A stretch of 64,000 bases of DNA from Octopus vulgaris (taxonomy: Eukaryota), in contig OX597815.1 in NCBI GenBank assembly GCA_951406725.2, forward strand, positions 133,610,001-133,674,000, written 5' to 3'. Position 1 is the first letter of the stretch, and the number at the start of each line of letters is the position of its first letter. Below the pieces are notes generated by a model. It had not been told where the DNA came from, did no database searches, and worked only from the letters and a program-made list of their open reading frames with translations. Positions 52,651 through 64,000 of this stretch are shown piece by piece. The position numbers and the translations under genes are program-made.

Positions 52651-55589
52651 ATATGGGGTGTCATGTTTGGCTATAGGAGGGTGGGGTTACATGTGGGAGG
52701 GTCTGTTGACTCACTGGATGCTGTCAGGCTTGATTGGTGTGCAACATTGCATGGTGGATATGGTGCATGATGTTGCATGGCAGATGTGCACAACATTGCA
52801 TGGTGGACATGGTGTGCAACATTGCATGGCGGACATGGTACAGCAACACACAAGCAGTTGGACAGATGGACAATGGGGGAAGTTACAACAGATAAGCAAA
52901 AATTCAAAAAGTGATGGTCAAACTGTAAAACACAAAATAAATAAATAAAATTTGTACACATTGCAACCAAGCTTTCTCTTCTCAAACCTCAAAATAAACT
53001 CCAAACAAGCTAAGAAAATAACCAGACATATAAAAATCACTCTGCTAAACAAGCAAACTACATAAAGCCAACATCATTATAAAAGCTATTCCTTGAACCA
53101 ACAAGTGAGTGCCATGTACACTCTCATCCTACTGAAAGTAAACAGCAAAATCTCAACAACTTTTCAAGTTGTTGGCATTTCTTTTATCCCAATCCTAAAT
53201 TGTCTTCAGATGATTCATTTGAACATGAATATGAACTTTTATTCAGAGTTCATATCGATGGCTCAGCCTTTATTTCTGATACACAGCTTTAATAATCTTA
53301 GATTTTGTGTCATAGCTCAGTGAGACCGTATTTTGAAATATTTAAACTCATATTCAATCAGTAATAGCAGCCATATTCTTCATCATTGTTTTGACATCCA
53401 TTTTACCATTGCTTGCATGGGTCAGACAAAAAATTTTCTGAGGCAAATTTTCTATGTCTGGATGTCATTCTCATCCCCAACCCTCATCTGTTTCCAGGTT
53501 GGGAAGTATTTTCCCACAGCCTGACATGTTTTCACAGAAAATAGGAAATGAAGGATGCCACTTGCATGATGATAACACAACTATCATGTCATGTCAAAGT
53601 AAGGAGAGTAACACACACTCATACACACATGCATAATTGTTTGTGTGTAAATATATATATGTATGTGTACACACACACACACACACACACACCTGATGGA
53701 CCTCTTTCACTTTCCATCTATGAAATCCACTCACAGGCTTTGGTTGGTCCAGGGCTATAGTAGAAGACACTTGCCCATAGTGCTACACAGTGGGACTGAA
53801 CCAGAAACTATGTGGTTGGGAAACAAATTTCTTATGATACAATCATACATGTACCTATTATGCATGAATTTTGTGCAGCCATATTGGATTTACTGAGTTT
53901 TTAATTTGACTAATTGATTAGGTTTTCAATTTGATCAAACAAATTGATATTCTTCATAATCTCAACTAAATTATTATTGTATGTACAACCATAGCATATT
54001 ATACCCTTCCAATTAGGAACCTTCTAGCTCGTCATCTGGCCATCAATCAGAGAGCTTCTACCTTATCATATGACCTACCATTAAAAGAACTAAATCTCTA
54101 TTAAAAAAATCTCTTTATATCTTTCAAAAAGCAAAACCGAAATGCATTACATTTACAATAAAAAAGAGACAGCTTCAGTTAGAATGTAAATTGAACAATT
54201 CTTTGATATTAAAGCTACCTCAATAATGTATTATAGTGTGCAAAGTTTGAGCTGAGTTTACAAACTGAATTTCTAATTTGACTAATTGATTAGGTTTTCA
54301 ATTTTACTAATTGTTTTATAATACAGTAGCTTGATGGTTAACAGTAACAAAACACTGTGTTAGAAATAATTGCCCTAACTTTAAACTTAGCAAAGAAAAC
54401 AAAAAATATTAAAATAAAAGGAAGTAAAGAAATAATAATAAAAATGAAAGGCATGAAAATGAGAGCAAATTGAAGAAATATAATAAGAGAAAATAAAGGG
54501 AAAATGAAAGAGAGCTGAAAGAGTGGATTGATTGAAATATGATGTGGAACACAGAAACATAAGAGATATGGCAAATAATCAGAAAACCTTAAAAATTATT
54601 TCAATAAAAAACTCAACTTGAAAGTTGTGGATGGTTGAGTTGGTAGAATACCAGATAATTTACCTGAAAGTTTAAAGGTTCATATCTTATCAATAACATT
54701 ACATTGTGTACAAAGCCAAGACTCAATTTTCCAGCAGAATAGAAACAGCTTGTTGTTGTAGCAATTGTAGTATTATTAATTTAATTTGAACAAGGTTTCA
54801 TTAATTTTCATGCGTTATGTACGTGGTGGGTAGATCTGTGTGTGACCAGTAAAGGAATCAGATCCTAATGTTCTTATCAAGGAATCACCTACAGATTGAT
54901 ACTTATGAAAATGTAAAGTCAAATAATGGATTTGATTGCTTGACAATGAACATTCAACTCTGGAAAGAAGAAAGCAAGAAAAGAACTCATCTTAAGAATG
55001 TAGATTTATAAATTCAAAACTATCTTTAAAACAAAAATCCTATTTTGTTAATGTCTGAAATATTAGTGTCTTTCAGAAATGAAAAGCCAGAAATGAAGAG
55101 CAAGGATCAATTGAATAGATCCCATGATAGTATTGGTAGTTATTTTATTGATCTTCGAGGCATGAAAAAAATTCATTCAAATATGACAGGATTTGGAATT
55201 CAGTGCTCAATGAACAGAGACATTGTAGGGCAGTGAAAACTATCAAGTCTCACCAGGGACATGACAACTTCTTTAGTGCTGGTGCTATGATTAGATGCAG
55301 TCAGTATATTCTGCAAAGTAGTTGACTAGAGGAAGGGTGTTTAGTCACAAATTCCATACCAAAATTGAAACATATTAGTGAGGCATAGTTCCTGACCCAG
55401 GAAAACAACTAATAACTCTGAATAAGAACTGACATAGTTTGCAATGACCCATCCGACTCATAACAGAATGGAAAAGCAGATGTAAGTCAATGATAATGAT
55501 GATGATACATTAAGATTCACTGGAGAAATTAACAGTGGCTCCAATGAAGTTCTGTTGGCAGCAAAGAGTTTCAAACTCCCTGTGAAGAA

Positions 55590-55855
55590 CAGATTCTAAG
55601 ATACTTGTGTATAAAGTACAATATTGCATGGAGGTGAAACAGAGGTTTTGAGTGTAGACAATGTGCAAAGGCTGGGAATGAAATGAGCATACTTAGTTGC
55701 ATGTATTATGTTAGCATGTAATAGTGATAGAGTACAAATGAGCCAAATGATAAAATGAATATAAAAAAAAACTGTCATGGGTAAGAGAGAAAACCAAGTT
55801 GGTATGGACATGTAATTCATACGGAGGATGAGAGTAGGGTGAAGAAATGCAAAGT
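55590..55855 (+). mobile_element. Highly decayed RTE C-terminal fragment
   Basis: Remnants ILHGGET...NEHT..WYGHV..EDESRVKKC parallel MLHGNETW...WYGHVLRMDEERCVKKC. Confidence 0.55.
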
Positions 55856-56383
55856 AAATCCAAGTGTGCTTGTGTCTACTGCAAAATTTCTTTAATGTTT
55901 TGACCACTTGGTGAATTTGTCTCTTAGCTTCTTTAGTTGGACTTGTCATTGAGATAAACTTTGTTTAGAACAGCTTTTCCAGCCAGCCCTTTCTACATGT
56001 GGAGAAATCGTTGCTTTCTTAGAAAAGGTTGATCTGTTATCAGAGCAGCTGCTGAAAGTTATTTTTACTGTGGTTTATTAGCCAGTAACCTTACACCCCT
56101 TAATTATCACATGTTGGATTATGACTACTGGGAGTCAGTCAGTCAATTAAACCTGCCAACATCACACCTTACCAATTGCGACTAAAAGAAGGGGATCCTA
56201 ATAAAAGGCAGTCCAAAAGAAGAGATTCAGAGATCCTTTGGAGCACATGCCGAATCAGTGGAATGGAACTTATCCCTAACACAATTTGAAAAACTGACAA
56301 AAGGCCACCTTAGCTAGTGCTCACCTGTAGCCAATGGTATAAAAGCCTTGTAAACACAATGATTGGAGCAGTGTATACCATAA

Positions 56384-56440
<57 letters not shown>

Positions 56441-57139
56441 GGCAGTGAGCTGGCAGAGTCATTAGTATGCTGGACAAAAATGCTTAGTGACATTTTGTCC
56501 ATCTTTATATTATGATTGACCTCATTTTTCATCCTTTTGGGATTGATGAATAAGTCCCAGCCACGTCCTAGGGCTGAACAGGTTTTTATGTGCAAACACA
56601 CTTTTAGATTATGAGAGTCAGGAAGCTATTGTTGGCAATGGTGGATAATTAAGAATTGGTGAAATCTGATCTTAGGATGACAATCACAAGCAGTGAAATG
56701 TTGTGATGGAGCAAACTTGTCCAACCCTTGCCAATATGGGAAAACATATAGAGTGATGATGATGCTCACATATAAGCATACATATGAATTTGCCAGTGGA
56801 AGAATTCTTATCTGTATTTATCTGAAATCATGTCTGTACTTTGTTTAGGAAGATAGCTAAGTTAAAAAAAAAAAAAAAGCATTACTATGTTCATCTTGAT
56901 TCCTGACAGACATTTGCAGTGAATCTAATGCAACAATATGGTTTTCTTTTGCATCAGACTCCAAAAACATAGCACAATGAGAGATCTACTCATTTGGTGA
57001 TAACACACTTCTAACATTTGCAGAATATTCCAGGGTGAGAATTATATAAACATGCCATTCTTTTCTTACTACTACAAGACAACAGACTTGTTGTGTTCTT
57101 ATCAAGGTGTTTGGCTCCAATGTTCAAAGTCCTGAATAT

Positions 57140-57590
<451 letters not shown>

Positions 57591-58189
57591 ACGGAGAGAG
57601 AAAGTGAGAGTAACCATGCAGTTGTACAAGAACCTACTCTGTCGCCCCATTTTTTCTCATACTTAAACCCTTCATCCCCCAATATAAAACCAGCCCCACT
57701 CAACGCCTCTTGGGTTTCATAGTAATGCAAGCTGCATGGTGACCTCACTAGTTCTTGTAGCACTAAAAGGCAAAAAAGAAAAAAAGCACCCAGTACACAC
57801 TAAAGTGGTTGATATTAGGAAGGGCATCAAGCCATAAAAACCATGCCAAAACAGATAGCAGAGCCATCTCCTGTCAAACTGTCCATCCCAAGCCAGACTA
57901 TGGCCATGCTGGGGCACAGCCTTAAAGGATTTTAGTCAAATTAATTGACCCCGGTATTTGGTAAATTTTTAAGCCTGGCACATATTCTCTCAGGCTCTTT
58001 GCAGAATCACAAAGTTATGGGAACATAAACATACCAACACCGGTTGTCAAGTTGTGATGAATGGGGTGGGGGTGGGGCACAGACAGACACTCACACGCAC
58101 ACGCACACACGCACACACACTCACACACACACGTGCACACACACATGTATATATATATGTGTGTGAGTGTGTATATATAAATATATATG

Positions 58190-58571
58190 TGTGGAGGTGC
58201 AATGGTCCAGTGGTTAGGGCAGTGAACTCGCAGTTGTAGGATTGTGGCTTCAATTCTCAGACCGGGCACTGTAAGTGTTTATTGAGGGAAAACACGTAAA
58301 GCTCCACAAGGCTCCAGCAGGAGGTGGTGGTGAACCCTGCTGAAATCTTTCACAACAACTTTCTCTCACTTCTTCTTCCTGTTTCTGTTGTACCTGTATT
58401 TCAAAAGGCCAGCCTTGTCACACTCTGTGTCATGCTGAATCTCCCTGAGAACTACGTTAAGGGTACCCGCGTCTGTGGATTGCTCAGCCACTTGCACATT
58501 AATTTCATGAGCAGGCTGTTCTGTTGATCTGATCAACTGGAATCCTCATCATCGTAATTGACGGAGTGCCA

Positions 58572-58573
<2 letters not shown>
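58190..58573 (+). mobile_element. SINE family B1 copy
   Basis: Colinear with 7890-8273. Confidence 0.85.
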
Positions 58574-58617
<44 letters not shown>

Positions 58618-58636
58618 ATGTGTATATGTGTATATG

Positions 58637-58679
<43 letters not shown>

Positions 58680-58684
<5 letters not shown>

Positions 58685-58870
58685 ATCCAAACAAGAAAGC
58701 ACAAAAAAACACAACAACGCGAGGACTTGGAACAAATATAGTATTATTGGATGCTCAGGAAAGAAGGAAAGAAGGAGGGTTTAACGTTTCGAGCGGAGCA
58801 CTTCGTCGGAAACATAGAAGGAAAGACAGAGGAAAAAAGTCGCCAACGGTACACATGCGGTCACATTTTG
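58680..58870 (-). mobile_element. Penelope-like pseudo-LTR relic with a minimal hammerhead-like fold
   Basis: Minus strand GTTT-CCGACGA-A-GTGC tcc GCTC-GAAAC-GTT-AAAC, followed by CCTGAGCATCCAATAATAC, similar to 62925-62950. Confidence 0.6.
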
Positions 58871-58871
58871 A

Positions 58872-59393
58872 ATCATCATCATCATCATCATCATCGTTTA
58901 GCGTCCGTTTTCCATGCTAGCATGGGTTGGACGGTACTACTGGGGTCTGTGAAGCCAGAAGGCTTCATCAGGCCCAGTCAAATCTGGCAGTGTTTCTACG
59001 GCTGGATGCCCTTCCTAATGCCAACCACTCCGTGAGTGTAGTGGGTGCTTTTTACGTGCCACCTGCACAGGTGCCAGACAGAGCTGGCAAACAGCCACGA
59101 ATGGATTGTGCTTTTTATGTGCTGCCGGCACGAGGGCCAGGCGAGGCTGGCAACGGACACGAATGGATGGTGCTTTTTACGTGCCACCGGCACGAGGCCA
59201 GTTGGGGCGGCGCTGGCAACGGTCGCGAAACGGAAGGTTCTCTTACATGCCACCAGCACTGGTAACACATCTGCAATTTCCATTGATCGATTTCGATTCT
59301 GATCCTCACTTGCCTCAACAGGTCTTCACAAGTAGAGTTTCGACATGCCACCGGCACTGGTTACACATCTGCAATTTCCATTGATCGATTTCG

Positions 59394-59395
<2 letters not shown>
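58872..59395 (-). mobile_element. RTE 3' UTR fragment with tandem modules
   Basis: Reverse complement of the 9565-9953 type, plus an internal ~52-bp duplication (59245-59297 / 59343-59394). Confidence 0.85.
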
Positions 59396-59431
<36 letters not shown>

Positions 59432-59950
59432 AGCAACCTCCGTCTTCGTCGCCACACTAGATGTCTCTCACCAACATCATCAACATCTACACAGCACCAA
59501 TACACTGCACTGGTTCCTACATCACTGTTCATGAGCATCTCACCAGGGTTAACAGCTTACGTACAACCCACGCAGATGCCTATAGATACATTCAGCTTGT
59601 GTGTATATATGTGTGACCACAATAAATGTGTTTAAAGTTACCACCTTGTATTTTATACATTCTTTACTGGGTTCCTGCCACAATAACATAACAGCTTTCT
59701 AAGCGGAGTCTCATTAGATGACACCACAACATATAACATCTAGATGTCTATCAAACTAATTTTATGTTTTTGCATATAACCTTATTTTTCTTCTATTCTA
59801 AACAAAACTGTCCAACGAACGGGAACGTGAAACTCTGAGTGACAGTTTTTGTGATATTTTTGCTGCTTTTTAATAAAGCATATTACTCTACCTCTGGTAT
59901 TCAAGTACTAGTTTTTCCACGTTGTTTCACATTTATGCGCTTACTCTGGT
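59432..59950 (+). mobile_element. Penelope-like terminal/pseudo-LTR relic with a degenerate type I hammerhead fold (59804-59849)
   Basis: 8-bp stem I AAAACTGT/ACAGTTTT, stem II ACG-GGAA-CGT, GAAA, stem III ACTC/GAGT, then AATAAA; flanked by microsatellites. Confidence 0.5.
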
Positions 59951-59959
59951 ATATATATG

Positions 59960-60013
<54 letters not shown>

Positions 60014-62839
60014 TTGACACCAATGCCTCTCATACCCTCGATATATATGAGAAATTACAAAAAGCAACAAAAGATGAAGACAGGTGTATAAACAACAAAC
60101 AGATGTATTAGTTCAATGCTTGGGAAGTGAGAAAGTCTTTCACATTTCAAACCTATGCTCTTCAACAGAAAGGAACACAGAAATAAACAGAGAAAGAAAA
60201 TAGAAAAAGGTTTAGTGACTAGCAATCTATCATGGTGAATGTACATACATACATATATATATATATAATTGACCTTGTATTACTGTCCACTTTTACCATG
60301 CTAGAATGTGTTAGACAAAACTTATTGGGGCAGATTTTCCTATGGCTGGATGCCCTTCCTTCTATTAATCCTCACTTATTTCCAACAAAGGTTATATTAT
60401 TCTTGGTATTTTGAATGCTGAACCATTCAATCCCTGGACATATTTTTGCAGTAGATGTAAAAAAAAAAAATGACAGTCTGATGAAGACTGGCAGACCAAA
60501 AGTCATTGTCACTACTCTTCTTGTGAAAGTACAATATATGTAATTCTTCAGTTTAATGTTAAATTGTTTTAATTATAATTCAACATCAAAATATCTATAT
60601 ATGTCTCTTATCTTACCTGTTTTAGTTTTTGGGTGGGATCCACTGCCTTGAAAAGTTTAGTTGACCAAAATCAACCCCCATACTTAAGTTTTTTAAGCCT
60701 TGTACTTATTCTATTGGTCACTTTTGCTGAACTGTAAAGTTATAGGGACATAAACACACACTAACACCAGTTTTCAAGTGGTGGTGGTGGTGGTGGACAA
60801 ACATAAACAAGGATGTGCATGCACACACACTTGCCCAAGGTGTCACACAGTGGGACTGAACCTAAAACTGTGTAGTTGGGAAGCAAGCTTCCTACCATAT
60901 AGCTATGCCTGTGTCTACAAACACACACACACCCACACACACATGTACAGTTTCTATCTAGCAGTTCCACTCACTCAGTTTGAGGCTGTATAGAAGATCC
61001 CTTCTCATGGTACTACACAGTGAAAATGTACCTGAAACCACATAATTGCAAAGCAAACTCCTTAACCACAAGGCCATGTCTGCACCACATTTTGTGTGTG
61101 TGTGTGTGTGCATGTATATTGTTCATTCTGACATATTACATTAAATTCTCTCCATGAGTATATTTTTGTACTTGAGAAAATTTTAAGTTATTTGTGTTGC
61201 ACCCTTCCTGCCACATGATGTTCACCATATGATCCCAACATTACATCTCCTGGCATATTTCTATAACTTTCTATTTCATTCTATTATTTTGACAGTTGTT
61301 CAAATTAGTTTGCTTACTTTGCATCTTTCTGTTTTATTCTAGTATATTTGAAAGTTACAGGCAAGAAAAAAAAAATTAAAATGAAGATCACTATATGCTG
61401 GTGTACTGTTATTATATATGATGTATGTGCTCATACACACAGCATCATCATTCAATGTTTGCATTTCATGCTCTCATAGATTCGATGGTTCAACAGAATC
61501 TGATAAGCCAGAGCACTGCTTGAGCCCCAATGCCTGATATGGCATAGTTTCTTCAGCTGTATGCTCTTCCTAACACCAACCACTTTACAGAGTATACTGG
61601 GTGATTTTTTCATGACAAAAGTATTAGTGAAATTTCTAAGTAATTAACAAGACAAGATAATTCTTCAGTCTCCTAAGGGTATTAAAAGAATGTTCAGAAC
61701 ACACCATGGTAGGAACTATGAATAAAATTTGAACTGAAATTCTAATGAAACATCAAATGTCAAAGCAGAAATCTTGTGTTGCTATTGGGAAAATTCACTA
61801 CAGCAACTGTTCCAACTATCTTTGGACGAAGTTTAAACATCTGAATTTTTTAAATAAAAATTTGAAGCTTGTCCAAAATGAAGAGGGGGAAAATACTTTT
61901 CCCCTATTCCCTCATATGCCTTCATTAATACATAGAAGTAAAATATAAAATAAGGGACAATAAAAATGAGAAAAATGAAGTAGAACAAACTTAACTGATA
62001 AAGTAAGAAGGGATATAGTAACCATATTGGTTTACAACTGGCAAACAAAACAAAATAAGTGAGGGAATCTTTATGTTAACAAGGTAATAATAGGACAAGA
62101 CATGGCTTAATGTAGAGTAATAACTATAATAAAATGAGGAGCTAATACACGGGGTAGCAAAAGGTATTTGTAGATAACAGCAGTTGCAAATGTTTCAATA
62201 ACGAGCAAGTAAAGGCTAGTAAAGTAACTTCACAGAGATGACAGTATAAGGAGTGGATTTATTGATGGTGCTAATAAAAGCTAATCAGAGTAAATGGTTC
62301 ATTTCAAATTTAACACACGGTGTTTGGTGGTCAATTGAAAAATGACTGATTCACCTACTGTATGTGTGTGTGTGTATACACACACACACATACATACATA
62401 TATATGACAAGGCATAAGTACTGGTCATTAGTCCAGCATGGAACAGAGATGTTAACTCACAATGTATGTGTAAGAATGTGTGTATGTATGTGTGTACTCA
62501 CACATACACACCTGTAATGCAGAAATGTGCTAAAAACAGATGGTTGTTAACCAAATAGAAGAGAGATGAAATGAAGTACAAACCAAAGGAAAGTGAAGGA
62601 ATTATTTATGGTTCCTATCCACTAACTCCTATTTAACAAGTAGGTTTAGAATAAATGCACAAAGGTGAAAAATGAACAAGATGTGCTCCATGGGAATGCA
62701 TAAAGAAATATGCAGCTTTGCTGATGTAAAATCATGGAAATAGGATGACTGAGATTTGCAAGGCTGCCCAAGATTGAATTTTGCAAACCTGAGCAAAGTT
62801 GCTGGAAACTTGGGCAATATATACATACCCATATGTATA

Positions 62840-63010
62840 TATTGTTTCTCTCCTTGTTTTTTTTCTGTGAATCTTTCTGTCGAAGAGTGTAGGCTCGAAA
62901 CGTAAAAGACTTTTTCTATTTCTATTCCTGAGCGCTATACTAATACATTTGTGTGTTTGTACTCCACCTGCCTTCGTCTTTTGTTTATTTTCGTAAACTT
63001 TCCCGTTATA
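62840..63010 (+). mobile_element. Penelope-like pseudo-LTR relic with a minimal hammerhead-like fold (homologue on minus strand at ~60050-60200)
   Basis: TCTTT-CTGTCGA-A-GAGT gtag GCTC-GAAAC-GTA-AAAGA at 62872-62909. Confidence 0.6.
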
Positions 63011-63947
63011 AGCTGTACCTCGAAATAAAGAGGTCAAATCCTATACACTATGGATCTCTATTGCAAGCAGACCTGGACACAATGCAGCAGTGGATCATGG
63101 ACTGGCAACTCAAGCTGGCTGTGGACAAATGTACCACCATGCATTTTGGGAGGAGAAACCCAGCGTCCACCTACTCCCTCCACAACACTAGTCTCAAAAA
63201 GTCTTCAAGTGAACGTGACCTGGGTGTTATTGTCGACAGTGATTTGCGTTGGACAAAACACATCGCTAAAATTGTCAAGAAGGCTGAGGGTGTCTTGGCA
63301 TCACTCACCAAATCCTTTGTGAGCCGCTCTCCGGCTATCTATCTGCGGCTTTATATAGCTATGGTAAGACCTCACCTGGAATTTGCATCACCGGTCTGGA
63401 ACCCCTATCTTGCCCAGGACATCAATCATCTGGAAGCTGTTCAGCGACGTGCAACCAAAAGAATACCCTATATCAGGCATTTGCCATATCCTGAACGCCT
63501 TACTTCCCTGGGCATGGACACATTGAAACTCCGACGTCTGGCAGCTGACTTGGCAGACACCCATAAAATTATCAACCATCGCACAAACAATAACTCTGAG
63601 CACCTCTTCAAACTCCACCTATCTAACACCCGTGGACATATTTACAAAGTAAGAAAACAGCACAGCTCCCATGACTTCAGGAAACATTTTTTCACGCTGA
63701 GAGTTGCTGAAGCATGGAACAAACTGCTGGCATCGGTTGTTAGTTGTTGGAGCACTGCATCCTTCAAGACTTCCATGCTTCCTGAGATTCACCAACACTA
63801 TACTTGATTTTCTCCCCTCCATACACACACAAGCATGTTCACTTTCCAGACATTTCTACATTACTGCATGTACTTTATATGCACTTTCTGACAAGTTGTG
63901 GTGCACCTGAGCACTGTATACAATAATTTCATTATTATTATTATTAT
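63010..63947 (+). mobile_element. 5'-truncated CR1-clade LINE (intact RT C-terminal frame to 63807, (ATT)n tail)
   Basis: LQADLD..QW..WQL...KC..MHFG, ERDLGV, YIAMVRPHLEFASPVWNP, LEAVQRRATK, NTRGH, FF..RV..WN motifs typical of CR1 ORF2. Confidence 0.92.
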
Positions 63948-64000
63948 ACATACCCATACATATGCCTACATACAAACACATACATATGCATGCATGCACA

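Noticed and set aside
62953-63009. N-terminus of the 284-aa ORF
   Set aside because: Chance read-in from the adjacent pseudo-LTR relic; CR1 homology starts at ~63010.

Overview
AT-rich, repeat-dense eukaryotic DNA. The SINE, RTE, Penelope and microsatellite content suggests an octopus or other coleoid cephalopod; this is an inference. The only well-supported host gene is the 3' part of a PAWR/Par-4 orthologue on the + strand: three coding exons (4978-5515, 12998-13102, 31951-32043) ending in the Par-4 coiled-coil/leucine zipper. Its 18.8 kb last intron holds a near-intact RTE LINE (APE + RT with a PHD-like finger inside the RT, one in-frame stop). The rest is mostly transposon debris: a full-length decayed mariner with a nested SINE, a maT-like Tc1 relic, piggyBac and hAT MITEs, a decayed Penelope-like element and pseudo-LTR relics with atypical minimal hammerhead folds, CR1 and R4/Dong fragments, at least three tRNA-derived SINE families, and cryptic minisatellites. 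The most unusual stretch is 49.6-52.9 kb: a higher-order composite satellite with telomere-like seeds, followed directly by a ~30-nt copy of the 28S rDNA R2 target site and a partial HDV-like fold. A CpG-rich island with paired TCF sites at ~46.1-46.5 kb looks regulatory. Most ORFs in the supplied track are spurious.
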